A stretch of 64,000 nucleotides of DNA from Ophelia neglecta. Lineage: Eukaryota. The number at the start of each line of letters is the position of its first letter. The stretch's first letter is position 1. The notes beneath the pieces were generated by a model that saw only the letters and a program-made list of their open reading frames with translations, did not search any database and was not told the DNA's origin. A program made the position numbers and the translations under genes. The stretch spans positions 80,600,001 to 80,664,000 of the forward strand of contig OZ260662.1 of assembly GCA_965285935.1 (NCBI GenBank), given 5' to 3'. This document shows, one piece after another, positions 1 through 12,500 of this stretch.

Positions 1-1155
1 TCAATATGACCGACATGGTAACCTCCGGCAATGGTGGAACAACGAGACGATAGAGGCCTTTAGGGCGCGGGCCAAATGCATGATCGACCAGTACTCCAAG
101 TATGTCCTGGAACCCTTCGGATTACACGTAAGTCTTAGGTTTTAAATATTTCATTCACCACAGCTTCTAGAAGAAAACCTAAAAAGGTGTGGGGAATATC
201 AATCACACGTTTTCATCGTCGTTTGCTTTCAGATCGACGGTATGAATACTCAGGGGGAAAATATAGCCGATAACGGGGGACTTAAGGAATCGTTCAAGGT
301 ATGAGACTACGTACTGTCTAAAAACGCACAAAGAAATGAACCGCAAAACAAAGGGACAGAGGGTGGTTATTCTTTAGAATTTCGACTAATGTGAGCGGAC
401 GAGTGATACAGTACGTGTGTAACTTTAGGATAGATTTTAAATGTATGAAAATGCATGTAAAAATGAACAGCGGGTACTGATGGGAATTAATATGGAAACA
501 ACATTTATGGTTGTATGCCAAATATTCCACGGTCAGTGGATTTACCAATTTCTGCACTGTTCCAATTTGCTGTTTTAAGGCTTATCGGAAATGGGTTGAA
601 ACACATGGCGAGGAGCAGTCACTACCTGGAGTGAATCTGACTCACAATCAACTTTTCTTCTTGAATTACGCTCAGGTAATAATTGCAGAATACCCTAAAG
701 ACTAATAGGTCTGTTCGAATGACCATTACCTTGTTTACCGTCCGCGAAACTAACTCTGTGGCTTTTGTCAATCTTAGATCTGGTGTGGTATCATGAGGGA
801 CGAAGAAGCTTTGCACAAAATTCGCACATCGGTTCACAGCCCAGGACCAATAAGGTGGGTGAATATATAAAACCGTTACCTGTTTGCTATTGGCATCATT
901 ATATATATAATATATATGTATATTTTTGAGGCGAGGGCTTAATGAATTTCCTCTTTATTTATTCCCCCACCCATTAATGTGGGAAAGAATTCTGACATCT
1001 GTGGATTTCTCCGTGGTATAATTTCTTAGATAACAATTTGTGAATTCCTTTTCAGGGTTCTTGGGCCACTTTCTAATTCGTATGATTTTGCTGAGGCGTA
1101 TAACTGTCCGGTCGGAAGCAAGATGAATCCTACAAAAAAATGTTCTGTCTGGTGA
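1..1155 (+). CDS. Neprilysin/ECE-family (M13) metallopeptidase, last 5 exons (5'-partial): <1-127, 233-298, 580-675, 778-854, 1056-1155
   Basis: Spliced translation: [12 protein letters not shown]...[23 protein letters not shown]...[13 protein letters not shown]...[39 protein letters not shown]. It has the GENIAD zinc-ligand motif, the HSP motif and the C-terminal CxxW of M13. All introns are GT-AG and in phase. Confidence 0.95.
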
Positions 1156-3546
1156 AAATTTGGTTTAACTTAGAGAAGTAACTCTTACCAGCCATCTGTT
1201 CTGTAGGTTTTGTTTTTAAGTGCAAGACGATCAGCAAAAGAACTCCCTAGCATGCTTTGGAAATTGGTACCTTGCTAAAATAGTGTACTTTATTGCGATG
1301 TCTCCTTTTGTAAATAAGAACAACAGCAAACCCTAAGTTCAATTTTCCACCTCATTTACATTGTAAAAATACATGTGTCCATTTGAAGAATATAATTAGG
1401 AAAATGTTCCTGATTATCATCAACTGATACAATAATAGCGTGCTTAATACAATTGTATAAGGCTTTGCCCCATCCACAATTGCTATTACTACCCTCGATG
1501 AATCCTCAGCATTATTATATGTTTCATAATTAACTGTATAACAATTTTCTACAATTTTAATGCTTTTTTTGTGCAATGGATAAGATATAGAAAAATCTTG
1601 CTTTGATTTTTAAAATTGACATGATGTTCCAATGCCAACTTTGAAACAGTAGTTTATTCATGAATTGTTGCATATTTGTCATTAAATAGTTTTAGCAACC
1701 CGAGGCTGAAAATTAAACCTGGCCTGGACCCCAGGCATTGTGCTCTCTTCTAAGCAGTGAGATAAACCGCAGTTAGCTTGAAAATGTTATTTGTTGAAGA
1801 ACATATGACGTCCACTAAATAAATTAATGCCAGTTTGTCCCTGAGTTTATAAAGATGGGGGAATTAGGGAAGCTAAACTGCTCTCGCACAAAGTTTAACA
1901 AACAATGCGCATGCCCGACTCTTCGTCAGAGCGGGTGCACGTGATCTTCTCCCTTTAATATAATTGGACGAGATCATTGGAGTGCTTAACCTACCTCTTG
2001 TCCGCACAAACCCGTTTGTCCCACACTGACAAAACCTGTCATTTTTGAATAAGTATTGGAGCTGAATATTAGTCTCACCGGATTTAAAAGGGGTTTCCAT
2101 GCCCAGGTGTACTGAATAAATGTACAGGTAAGTATTTCCTTTCAGAACATGGGCAACCATATTTCGTTTTTTGAATACGATATAGGCCTATCTACTCGAG
2201 AAATTCGTGTAGACACGCGTTACCTTTTTACTAGATTACCATTTGGTATAATCCGACGTATTCACAAATCTTTATATCCTACACTTTTTTGTACATACTG
2301 TTATATAAATCCTTGTATTCATCATTCATTAATTTTACAAATATAAAATAATGTTGTATTTAGTAATTTGTTTTAGATAGAAACAATGGTGCATATTTGC
2401 AACAATTAGTATATAGTAATATTATTTGAAAATTCTAAATGCTGCAATCAGTGTTAATCGTGAACGTGTAAAATATCACTTATTCACATTTATTACTTGT
2501 ATCTAGTCGGCGTAAAATTGCTATAAAAATCATGCATTAATCACATGGTTGTAACTATAGTTATGTAAACATGGACCACTTGAATATTAATATTTTCTTA
2601 CAAATAGTGAAAAATATGACCAGATGTTCTGTCCGAGTCAGTCTGTCTTAGTTCTATCTAAATGTGATGTAGTTGTGAACTGGTTGTTAAAGTAAATCGA
2701 TTCCATTTCGATTATTCAAATTGAATTTTAGCATTGGTGTTTTATTCTTGATTGGAAGATTGAAAACTGCTTTAGTAATCATGGAAACACGTCACGTTTT
2801 TTAAACATTCATAGGACTTCACAAGGTTTAGTGAAGTGATATGCTAATCATTGATACACACATTGTATATGCCGATATAATCAATAAACTTTGATTTCGT
2901 GACGTTGAGACGTTCCATTTATTCCTTATTAAGACAGCTCAAGCATCAAATAATGTCGAAACATTGTTGCTTCTCATCAATTCCACATTATTAATACACT
3001 CCAATGATTTACTTAAATATTAACCATTTAAACACACCTGTTTTCGACTCCGCAAGGGCCTACACTATGGTTGATTACGAGAAATTTCAGGACAAACGTC
3101 TATCGTTATACTTATTTGGAGTGACTCAAATTCTACTATAATATTCATATCGGCCATTAGCTACAAATTGTTTTATTAGTTGTATCATGAAAGGAATATA
3201 AATTGATATTCAGTCCACAGAAACATGTTTAGACGCGAGTCCTTGTAGTTTATTTTTAATCTTGCATTATGCTTCATGCATTTATTGTTGACTATAAAGT
3301 TTATTTCCGTCTATATTACATGCCGGTGTACGTACATCAATAAATGTTTATTAAGCCGTTTGGTCTAGGCGTGTTTACTTCATAGGGGAATTTCTTATAT
3401 CCAACCTTATCAGCTTCGAAAACTTTAACTGCATTCAAAACAGATAACAGCTGCATAATACCCAGGTATTTAAAAACATTAATATTTTCTTGTTACTCCT
3501 TCATAGTGTATTTCTCGCTCTTGCATCCATGCAGGGATAAAACAAA

Positions 3547-6500
3547 ATGCTTGTAAATATTTTGATCGTGATATTATGCTCCTTTGCTGTGTCTGGAGAA
3601 AAGGAGTCATATGAAGGGTGAGTTAATTATTTTCGAGAGTAAATATGTGATTAGTCTATAAACAAATACAGACTCAGACTCAGACTCAGACTCAGACAAA
3701 TTTATTTAGGACAATAAAGTATATACATGGGTTATGCATTATTGTGGACAAATAATGGTTAGTCCAGGGAGACACAAGTTAAGACATATAATGTCGCTCT
3801 CACATGAGCCACCCTTAGAATTAATTAAATAAAATTTAAGTTTTCGTCAAGGCAAAAATAATAAAATTGAACATAACAGCGATTGTAGATTAACTTAATT
3901 ACTCCAAACCAAGATAAACCAAAACGAAAAAAGATAATATAAAGCCAACAGCCGTGGCAGGTAAAAAAGAAAGTAAATACAACAAAGCAACACACTCCTT
4001 TATAAGCGAACTATAATATAACTGAAAGAATATTTAATTATCATTTTAAATACGCTTGAGACAAACAGAGGAAGAAGGAGGCTCCATCCAGTCTCTATTC
4101 GACAGGGCAAAGAATGATGCGTTATTGCATAATTAATGCGAACGAATAATATAAATGACATCAAGACAAAAGAATAATAAAAAACAGAAAAAACAAACAA
4201 AACAAAATGAGGCATGGCAAAACAAAATCATGCAGAGTCTTGACACACATAACAGTGCGGTATAATACAAGCTTGTGAGTAGCTATCAATGAAATGTTTC
4301 TTGACAAAAATAGAAAAACCACTTAAGCTATGCGTATCTACTTTTGTTTTAATAACATTTGGAGTTTCATTCAGAATAGAAATAACCTTATGTCTGAGGG
4401 ACTTTTGTGCAAATGTGTGCTTGGCCTGCAAGACATGTAAACTACCAGAACCACGTGTATTGTAACCATGAAGCTCAAAATTTGTCAAGATTGGAAGATT
4501 ATAGAAATATGCCGGAAGTAAGTTATTTTTCAATTTAAAGAAAAATTTTATTATTTGGGTTTTATAAATGTCTTCAACCTTAAGGAGGTAAAGATCTTTT
4601 AAAATAGGTTCAGAATGTGCATTATACTTGGCGTCTTTAATAATTCGGACTGCTTTTTTCTGCAGTTTCTGACTTCTAGAATGCTCATGTCCCCAGGCCA
4701 GAATACAATAATTCAAGTGAGGTACAATTAGTGTATTGTAAAGAGTCAAAAGAATATTTTGAGGAAGAATTTTTTTCAATTTGCACATTATACCAACAGC
4801 CTTAGAAATCCTACCAGCAACTTTGTTTATGTGACTAGCCCAGTTTAAATGTTTGTGAATAGTCAAACCCAAAAAATTAAACTCATCCACATGTTCCAAA
4901 TAAGTGAGATCAATCTCAATGCGTGGAACTTGTATAATCTTACGGGGCATGTGGAACACAGTAAACTTTGTTTTATCCTTATTTAGAGACAGTTTATTCA
5001 CCCGTAGCCATTCTATAACCTTAGCTAACTCCTCGTTGATCGTATTCTGAGTGTTTGTTGTAAAATTGTTTATTTTGAAAGAGCGCAAGGTACTATTTAA
5101 TGTGGTATCATCTGCATAAATTACTGAGTGAAACAACCTGCTGGCAAAATTAATATCATTCATGTATATAATGAATAAGAGGGGGCCTAAAATAGACCCC
5201 TGTGGTACTCCAGTTTTAATGACCAGTAAGTCTGATCTAGCTTCACCCAGTTGCACAAACTGACTTCTATTAGAAATATAGCTCACAAGAAGCGAGAGAG
5301 TATTATCAAATAAACCATAGTAACGGAGTTTATAGATTAAAATTTTGTGGTCAATGGTATCAAATGCCTTTGATAAATCCATATATATGTTTATAGGTAG
5401 TTCGCCCCTATCTAATTCTTGAATAATTGTATCTATCAGCTCGAGAGCTGCTAGCTCAGTAGAGTGTTTTGGTCTAAATCCATATTGGTGATTGTAAAAT
5501 AAATTTTGAAGTTGTAAAAAATGATACAATTGAGAAGAGATTACCTTCTCGAACACTTTAGAAATCACAGGCAACAAAGAGATAGGGCGATAATTTTTAA
5601 TTAGAGTGTTGTTGTCCTTTTTGTAGAAAGGAATTACTTTTGCGATTTTGAGTTTGTCTGGGAAGACACCCATGGTAATTGATTGGTTTAAAATAAGGGT
5701 GATGTAGGGACTAAGTTCATTTTTTACAAGTTTCAAAAAATTAGAGGAAATTTCATCATACCCACAACTTGATTTAGATTTAAGCTGTTCAATAGTTTTA
5801 AGTGTGAGACAATTGTCAACCAGGTCAAACTTTAACTTGTTTATATTGGGACAGAGCAAATAATCAGCAAAACTTTTGTTTGAGTGTATGTTACTTATGT
5901 TTGCTGCAAGGTTTGGCCCAACATTGATGTAATAGCTATTAAAAGCGTTGGCAATACTAACAGGATCTGTCACTAATTTACCATCAATTTTAAAGAAATC
6001 AGGAAAACGTTTTTTATTGTCAGTTTTGTTTAATATAATATTAATAGTTTTCCAAGTATTTTTAATGTCATTTTTATATCGGTCAAAAGAGGATTCATAA
6101 TATTTTCTTTTGGCAAGAGTAATATTTTTCCTTAAAATATCATTATACATATCCAAATTTGACTTCAAAGTTTGCCTTTCTACAGTATCTTGGGGGGTCG
6201 ATATGACCCTTTTATACAGTTTGTCTCTGAAATTGATGGATCTAATGATACCATGTGTGATCCATGCAGAATTTTTATGTTTGCGTTTATTAAATTTGAC
6301 CGTTTTAGTTCCAAAATGTTTATGGTAAGATTCAGAAATGACCTTTTCAAGTAAATTATAATTGCTGATTGGGTCAAAGTCTAGATTGTAGTTAAGTTTA
6401 TGCTCCAAATTGGCAGAGACAATATCTTTTTTAAAATTTTCAACTGAGTTAGGGGTCTGACGTTTAATCTGAATAAATTTAGGCACATCTTTTTTAAAGT

Positions 6501-9500
6501 TAATAATATTAATTGAGAGAAAATACGGCTGATGATCCGATATTTTGTCTAGCAAGACTCCACCAGTAGACTCATTTAAGTTTGAATTGAATTTACAAAT
6601 AAAGTTGTCTTATAATGTAGCCTTATATTTCGAAAATCGGGTTGGCAATGTGATTTTGGGAAAGAAACCAAGACTCATTATTGTATCCAGATAGTCAGTA
6701 AATATTGGAGTGTCATTGATTCGAAGTAAGTCAATATTATAATCTCCGGCAACAATCACATCACCATTTCCTTTACTTAACCGTTTTAAAATCAGAGAGA
6801 ATTCATTAATGAAGAGCTTGTAGTTTTCATTTAAATGTCGAGGGGGTCTGTAAATATTCCCCAGAGTTAATTTTCTGCGGAGGCCATTACCAGCTACCTC
6901 AATAAATTGCCCCTCCCAAATCACAGAATTCTTATAAACCTTAACTACTTTGTACTCAAAATCTTCTAATAAGTAAACTGTTAGACCTCCATGCGATGAG
7001 CATATACTACCCTGATGAATCATTTTATATCCATCTATTTGTAGAAGAGACAATTCAGATTGATCAGTAAGCCACGTTTCTTGGATACAAATAGCCCTAA
7101 AAAATTGGCCATTACTCTTATGTTTTTCTATTAGAATATTAATGCTGTCAAATTTAGCTCTCAAGCTTTGACAATTTAAACTTAATATAGAGAAATTTTT
7201 ACCTTGGGTGTTTAAAATATCAATCAGTTTTGAGTTATCCACATAAGGAGAATGTTTTATAATCTCTGGTTCATTTACTGAGGCAATGTCCTCATTATCA
7301 ACCTCATGACCTAAAATATTCAAAAGGGAATTATTGTTGAGACCCCCAAAATGTTTAAGAATTTCTTCGTCCTCACCCATTAAGAATTATTATGTATTAA
7401 TAGAAGAATCAATAAGAGTAAATAAAATAGTTTAATCAACATGACTGTGTATTTATAGAGATAGCAGAGGCAAATATAAAAATACTGATAGTTATGTATT
7501 GATAATAATATATGATAAACAAGTACTGATAGCAATATCATGGCCGAGCCAACCATCAAAAGCACTGATGACCAAGCACTAAATGAAAAAATAATATGAT
7601 AGTTGAAGCAACCATCCAGGTAAACATACTTGCCAATACACCCAAAGGCAGATAGACAAACATTTAACATAACACCGACACGGGATTGACACCCTATCCA
7701 CCAGAGTCTGGAAATAAGTTCAACAGAAAATACCTTCGAGTTCACTGAATGCACTGAAATCCCGTGGCAATTTCAAATAAGATTGCCATATTCACAAAAG
7801 GTCATTCCAGGTCATTCATGTCCTGCTCAGTCACAACCTTGATGACCCTGCTGGTATCAGTCTTCCTTATAAATATATGCCCATCCTTGATCCACAACCA
7901 CTTGTAATTTGCATTCTTCTTGAGTTCTCGAGCCTTGCCGAAAAGCCGTTTTTTCTCCGGAGCTAATTGTTCATTGACATAAAAAGGCTGTTCTGGAAAT
8001 GAAGGGTCAATCCTGTCAGTTGTCATGTTGGCCCTTCTAAGTTTGAAGTCCCTTAGGAAATCCCTTTTTACCCTCCGTTTAGAGAATTTAACCACAATTG
8101 GTCTAGGAGTAGACCTGATTGTAGCCCTAGGTGGTAAGGTTATTCTATGAGCTGCTTCAATGTCGTCCAATGAGATGGTTTTACCAAGAGTGTTACCGAT
8201 CTTCATGATTATTTGATCAATGCCTTCATCCGCCTTTTCTGGGATTCCATGAATTTCAAGATTGTTTATCCTAGAATACTGTTCCAGCTCAAGGACTCTG
8301 GACTGTAAGCCTCCATTGAGTTTCTCCAACTCCTGTATCTTAGCAACATGTTTTCCCTGCTCAGCCCTTAATTCAGCATTTTCTGTCTTAATTTGACTGA
8401 CAATATTCAAATGTTCTTCATATTTATCACTTAAGAATTGTATAGAAGTTTTCATCTCAGCCAAGTCATTGCTTAGCTTAGGTATCTGACTCACTGACTT
8501 CTGGATGTCCTTTAGAATATCACTGGAATTAAGTTCTGATGCCATACCTGTAGACTGAGGAAGGACAGGAGAGCCTCCGTCCCTATGCTTTTTCTCAAGA
8601 TGTACAGACGAAGGAGATGTGTCGCTAATGTTACGTCTTTTTAGAGGCAAGGGAGTCTTGTATTCCATAGCAATATAATATAGTACATTTTGTTTACAAG
8701 CCTGTGCCAATGGAATTGTATACCAAAGTGCAATCGGATACCAGTTTGTACCCACAGCTGTCGTTCTGGTCTGTTGAATTTCAATTGTCCATTGTTCAAT
8801 ATAGAAACCCCTGTTTGATTGTATGTGCAGTTAGGTATGCTGAGTCTAAATTGTATAAGACTGCTATACATACATTCCAGATTGAGGGCATGTGACAAAT
8901 TTAAAATCCAATATCTGAAGAAAGTCCATAATGCTATGTTCCTCAAGCAAGCACACCTGCATTCCGAACATATTCACACAAACAACTCACGTATTTCCAG
9001 ATTTTCAAGACCACGATCTGATGTATAATTTGAAGTTTTTAGAGAGGCCAACAAAGTAGCCAACCTACTAGCTGGCCTTGACCTTGACCTTGACCATTTC
9101 CCCGGGATGGGGTGAGGGAGGGGGGTGGGGTGGTCAGCTGTCTACGATTTAGGGGAGGGATGCAGAGCCGGCAACTCAAATTGGGTGTCAATGTTATAGC
9201 AAAGTCGGTGAAAACGACCCTACCTCTTATCAGCTTATCAACCAACCGCCCCCCCCCCCCCCCCGCCCCTGGGAGCGTTTCGCATCCACGTAATGAAGAA
9301 AGTAGTGTATCGGGCCTGGACAAGCGCATCTGATAAGATCCTGGTACCTTGTCTAGAGGAATGTTTATTTTGTCGCATATGACATTTTGTTTCTTAGGTA
9401 CACCGTGTTGGAAATAATTCCTGCAACTCAAATGCAGCTGGACTACCTCCATATGATGGTAACCAATGAAAATGCGGTAGGTTTTAAAAGGCAAACGGAA

Positions 9501-12500
9501 GTAAAAACCTGGCAGACCAACCGAAATCAGTATTCACAAAAGTCGACTAAAAACGACACATAATATCTATCATATGGTAACATTACAGCAATCCCCTTAA
9601 AAATAAGCTGGTAATTAAGTTTGTTTGGAAAAGTGCTTGTGCAAACCTTTACTTATGGACAGTAAACGTTTCATAACTATACATCAATTTAAAGAAGTGA
9701 CTGTAGTATTCTACTACTTACCACGTCTTACTACTTACCTCGGTTATTGCGGTCATGGCAGAGGGTAACCTAGTAACAGGGTCATATGTTCCATGTACAC
9801 CAACCAGAACCAGTACCAGTATTAAATGACATAGCACATCACTTTCATGCTCTCCTCTTTATTTACCCTTATAACCTGTCTTACAATTCTACATTGGCGA
9901 CGAGGATACTTACGAACTTTACGCGAGGATACATACATCATCAGGAACAATATTTTGTGAGGAGGAGATACGGAGTTTTTACGAATTTACAGATTTTGGG
10001 AACTATAGTGTTAGCAGATTAGCTCAGCGTTATCAATACAGGCCATTACAGGAAAAAACCGGTCAGATCCAGTTTTGGTCAGTTCAGGACGGCCCAGTCG
10101 AGATCGCCCAGCCAAACGCACGTGGAGTCAGTCAGTTTTTGGAATCTACAACATGGCGGACAATGGCCAGCAGGCAAGTTCAGTGCCTTACTATCCCCCT
10201 TTTGAATACGACATGGATAAAGCTAACGCAGGATCAAGATGGAAGAGATACATAGCAAAATTAGAACTTTTATTCGGAGCAATGGAGATACCAGATGAAA
10301 AACAAGACAGGAAAAGATCCCTGCTATTACACTACGTTGGAGACAGCTGTTACGACATTTACGAGGCCAACAAGGGAGATACGGCAGAGACGTATGACGC
10401 GACTAAACAGGTATTTAAGGATTATTTCGAACCAAAAACAAACATACAGATAGACATTTTTCATTTTCGCACATGTAAACAAAAGGAAGGGAAATCGCTT
10501 GAAGAATTCGTTACTGAACTGAGACAATTAGGAAAGAATTGTGAATTTGTGAACACTGACAAGGAGATACTATCGCAAATCATACAACATTGTAAATCCT
10601 TTAGACTTCGCCGCAGAGCTTTGAGAGAACCAGAAAAGAGCTTAGCAGATATTGTGGAACTTGGAAAAACACTCGAAAGATCAGACGTAACTGCAGCTAC
10701 TATGGAGGCCCAACCGGGTGTAAACGCAATACACAAGCAACAAAATAAAAAGTCACATGGACATGACAAAAAGAATCGTACGGCCCCCACCAAACCAACT
10801 TACGGAAAAGGACCAGATAGGAACTATAAACAAAAGGTACGAAATAATGAAGGAACAGGCAGCAACAAGACATGTATATTCTGTGGAGGTAATTTCCCGC
10901 ACCAAGGACAGTGCCCGGCTAAAGGTAAAGAATGCCATTACTGTCACAAATTAAACCACTACAAGAGTTGTTGTTTGAAGTTAAAGCACAAAAACAAAAT
11001 TAGACAATTACTAGTAACTACTGAAGGAGAACCGGAAGAAATACCGGAAGCCAGCCAATCAAGTACAGATTCTGATTCAGAAGATTACGTGTATTTAGTA
11101 CAATCTGTAAATGCAATAGGCAGAGATAAGCCTATGGTGCATTTGAAATTAAACAATGTGAATACAAAAATTTTGTGGACACTGGCACTACGATCAATAT
11201 TCTTGATAGGAAGACCTACGAAAGCATTGGAAGGCCTACACTTACAAAATCAGATACAGTAGCTTACTCATACCAGAGTGACAATAGTGTCAAGATGATG
11301 GGCCAATGTACAGTGAACATTGAAACCAGAAATTTGAAACAGGCCCACGTTTTTGAGGTTGCTAAAGGCAACTATGGATCACTTCTCAGCTACAACACAG
11401 CCAAATGTCTGGGACTAGTGAAAATTATAAACAATGTTCAAGACAATATCAAAGACAAATTTCCAGGGATATACGAAGGAATTGGCAAATTGAAAGGGGT
11501 CAAGGTCAAACTACATGTTGATGAAACTGTCCGTCCAGTAGCCCTGAAACACAGAGTCACGCCATTCCACTTGAGAAAACATGTTGAACACGAGATTGAT
11601 AAACTTTTGGAAGAAGATATTATTGAACCAGTGTATGGTATACCAACGCCATGGATATCACCAATTGTAACACCACCAAAGAAAGATGGAAAGTCCATCA
11701 GACTGTGTGTTGACATGCGCGAACCTAACAAGGCAATACTCAGAGAACGCCATAAAATGCCAACAATGGATGAAATGATCAGTGACCTTAACAATGCAAA
11801 GGTTTTCAGCAAACTAGACTTGAGGTCAGGCTATCATCAACTAGTACTAGAAGAGTCGTCAAGAGAAATCACTACATTTAGCACACATAAAGGCCTTTTC
11901 AGATACAAAAGGCTGAGTTTTGGAGTTTCATCCGCAAGTGAGGTGTTCCAGAAAGCAATTCAAGATGTGATTCAGGATGTTCCCAACACAAAGAACATAA
12001 GTGACGATATCATAGTGTACGGATGTAAGGACAAAGAACACAACAAGGCACTAGATGACACCCTGAGGCGCATTCACGAAAAAGGCCTCACGCTCAACGA
12101 AGAAAAATGTGAATTTAATAAACACAAAATCACATTCTACGGAATGGTCTTCAGCGCAGATGGAGTCTCTCCCGACCCCAAAAAGGTTAAAGCCATCAGA
12201 GAGGCTGATAGACCTGAAGATATATCAGCTGTGAAGAGCTTCCTGTCGACAACCAAATTCTCATCGAGGTTCATTCGAGACTATTCCAATATTACTGAAC
12301 CACTACGGAGGCTCACAAAACAAGATGTCACATTTAAATGGGGAGATGAACAGGAAGCAGCATTTCAGAAGCTCAAAGCAGCCCTGACAGATTACAGTAC
12401 TTTGGCCTACTTTAATCCGAACGTACAAACAGAAATCATTGTGGACGCTGCGCCACATGGCCTCGGCGGAATACTAGTACAAGGCAAACAGATTATCTCA

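Larger units (their letters stand above)
3669..9070 (-). mobile_element. Near full-length CR1-group (L2/Crack-like) LINE in CP1 intron 1; 5' boundary approximate
   Basis: ORF1 plus ORF2 (APE+RT). The 3' end is AATAAA followed by a (CTGAGT)n microsatellite tail, seen as (CAGACT)n at ~3669-3697. Confidence 0.9.

Noticed and set aside
1-3547. Functional link between the neprilysin and the adjacent carboxypeptidase array
   Set aside because: Adjacency alone is not evidence in an animal genome; it would need synteny or co-expression data.
9786-10022. Duplicated small ORFs MFHVHQPEP... (also 13000-13215)
   Set aside because: These are just translations of the two LTR copies.
11161-11180. Programmed -1 frameshift between gag and pol (AAAAATTTT)
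   Set aside because: The heptamer is not in X XXY YYZ phase with gag and falls inside the protease domain; a 1-bp deletion in a single-ORF element is more likely.
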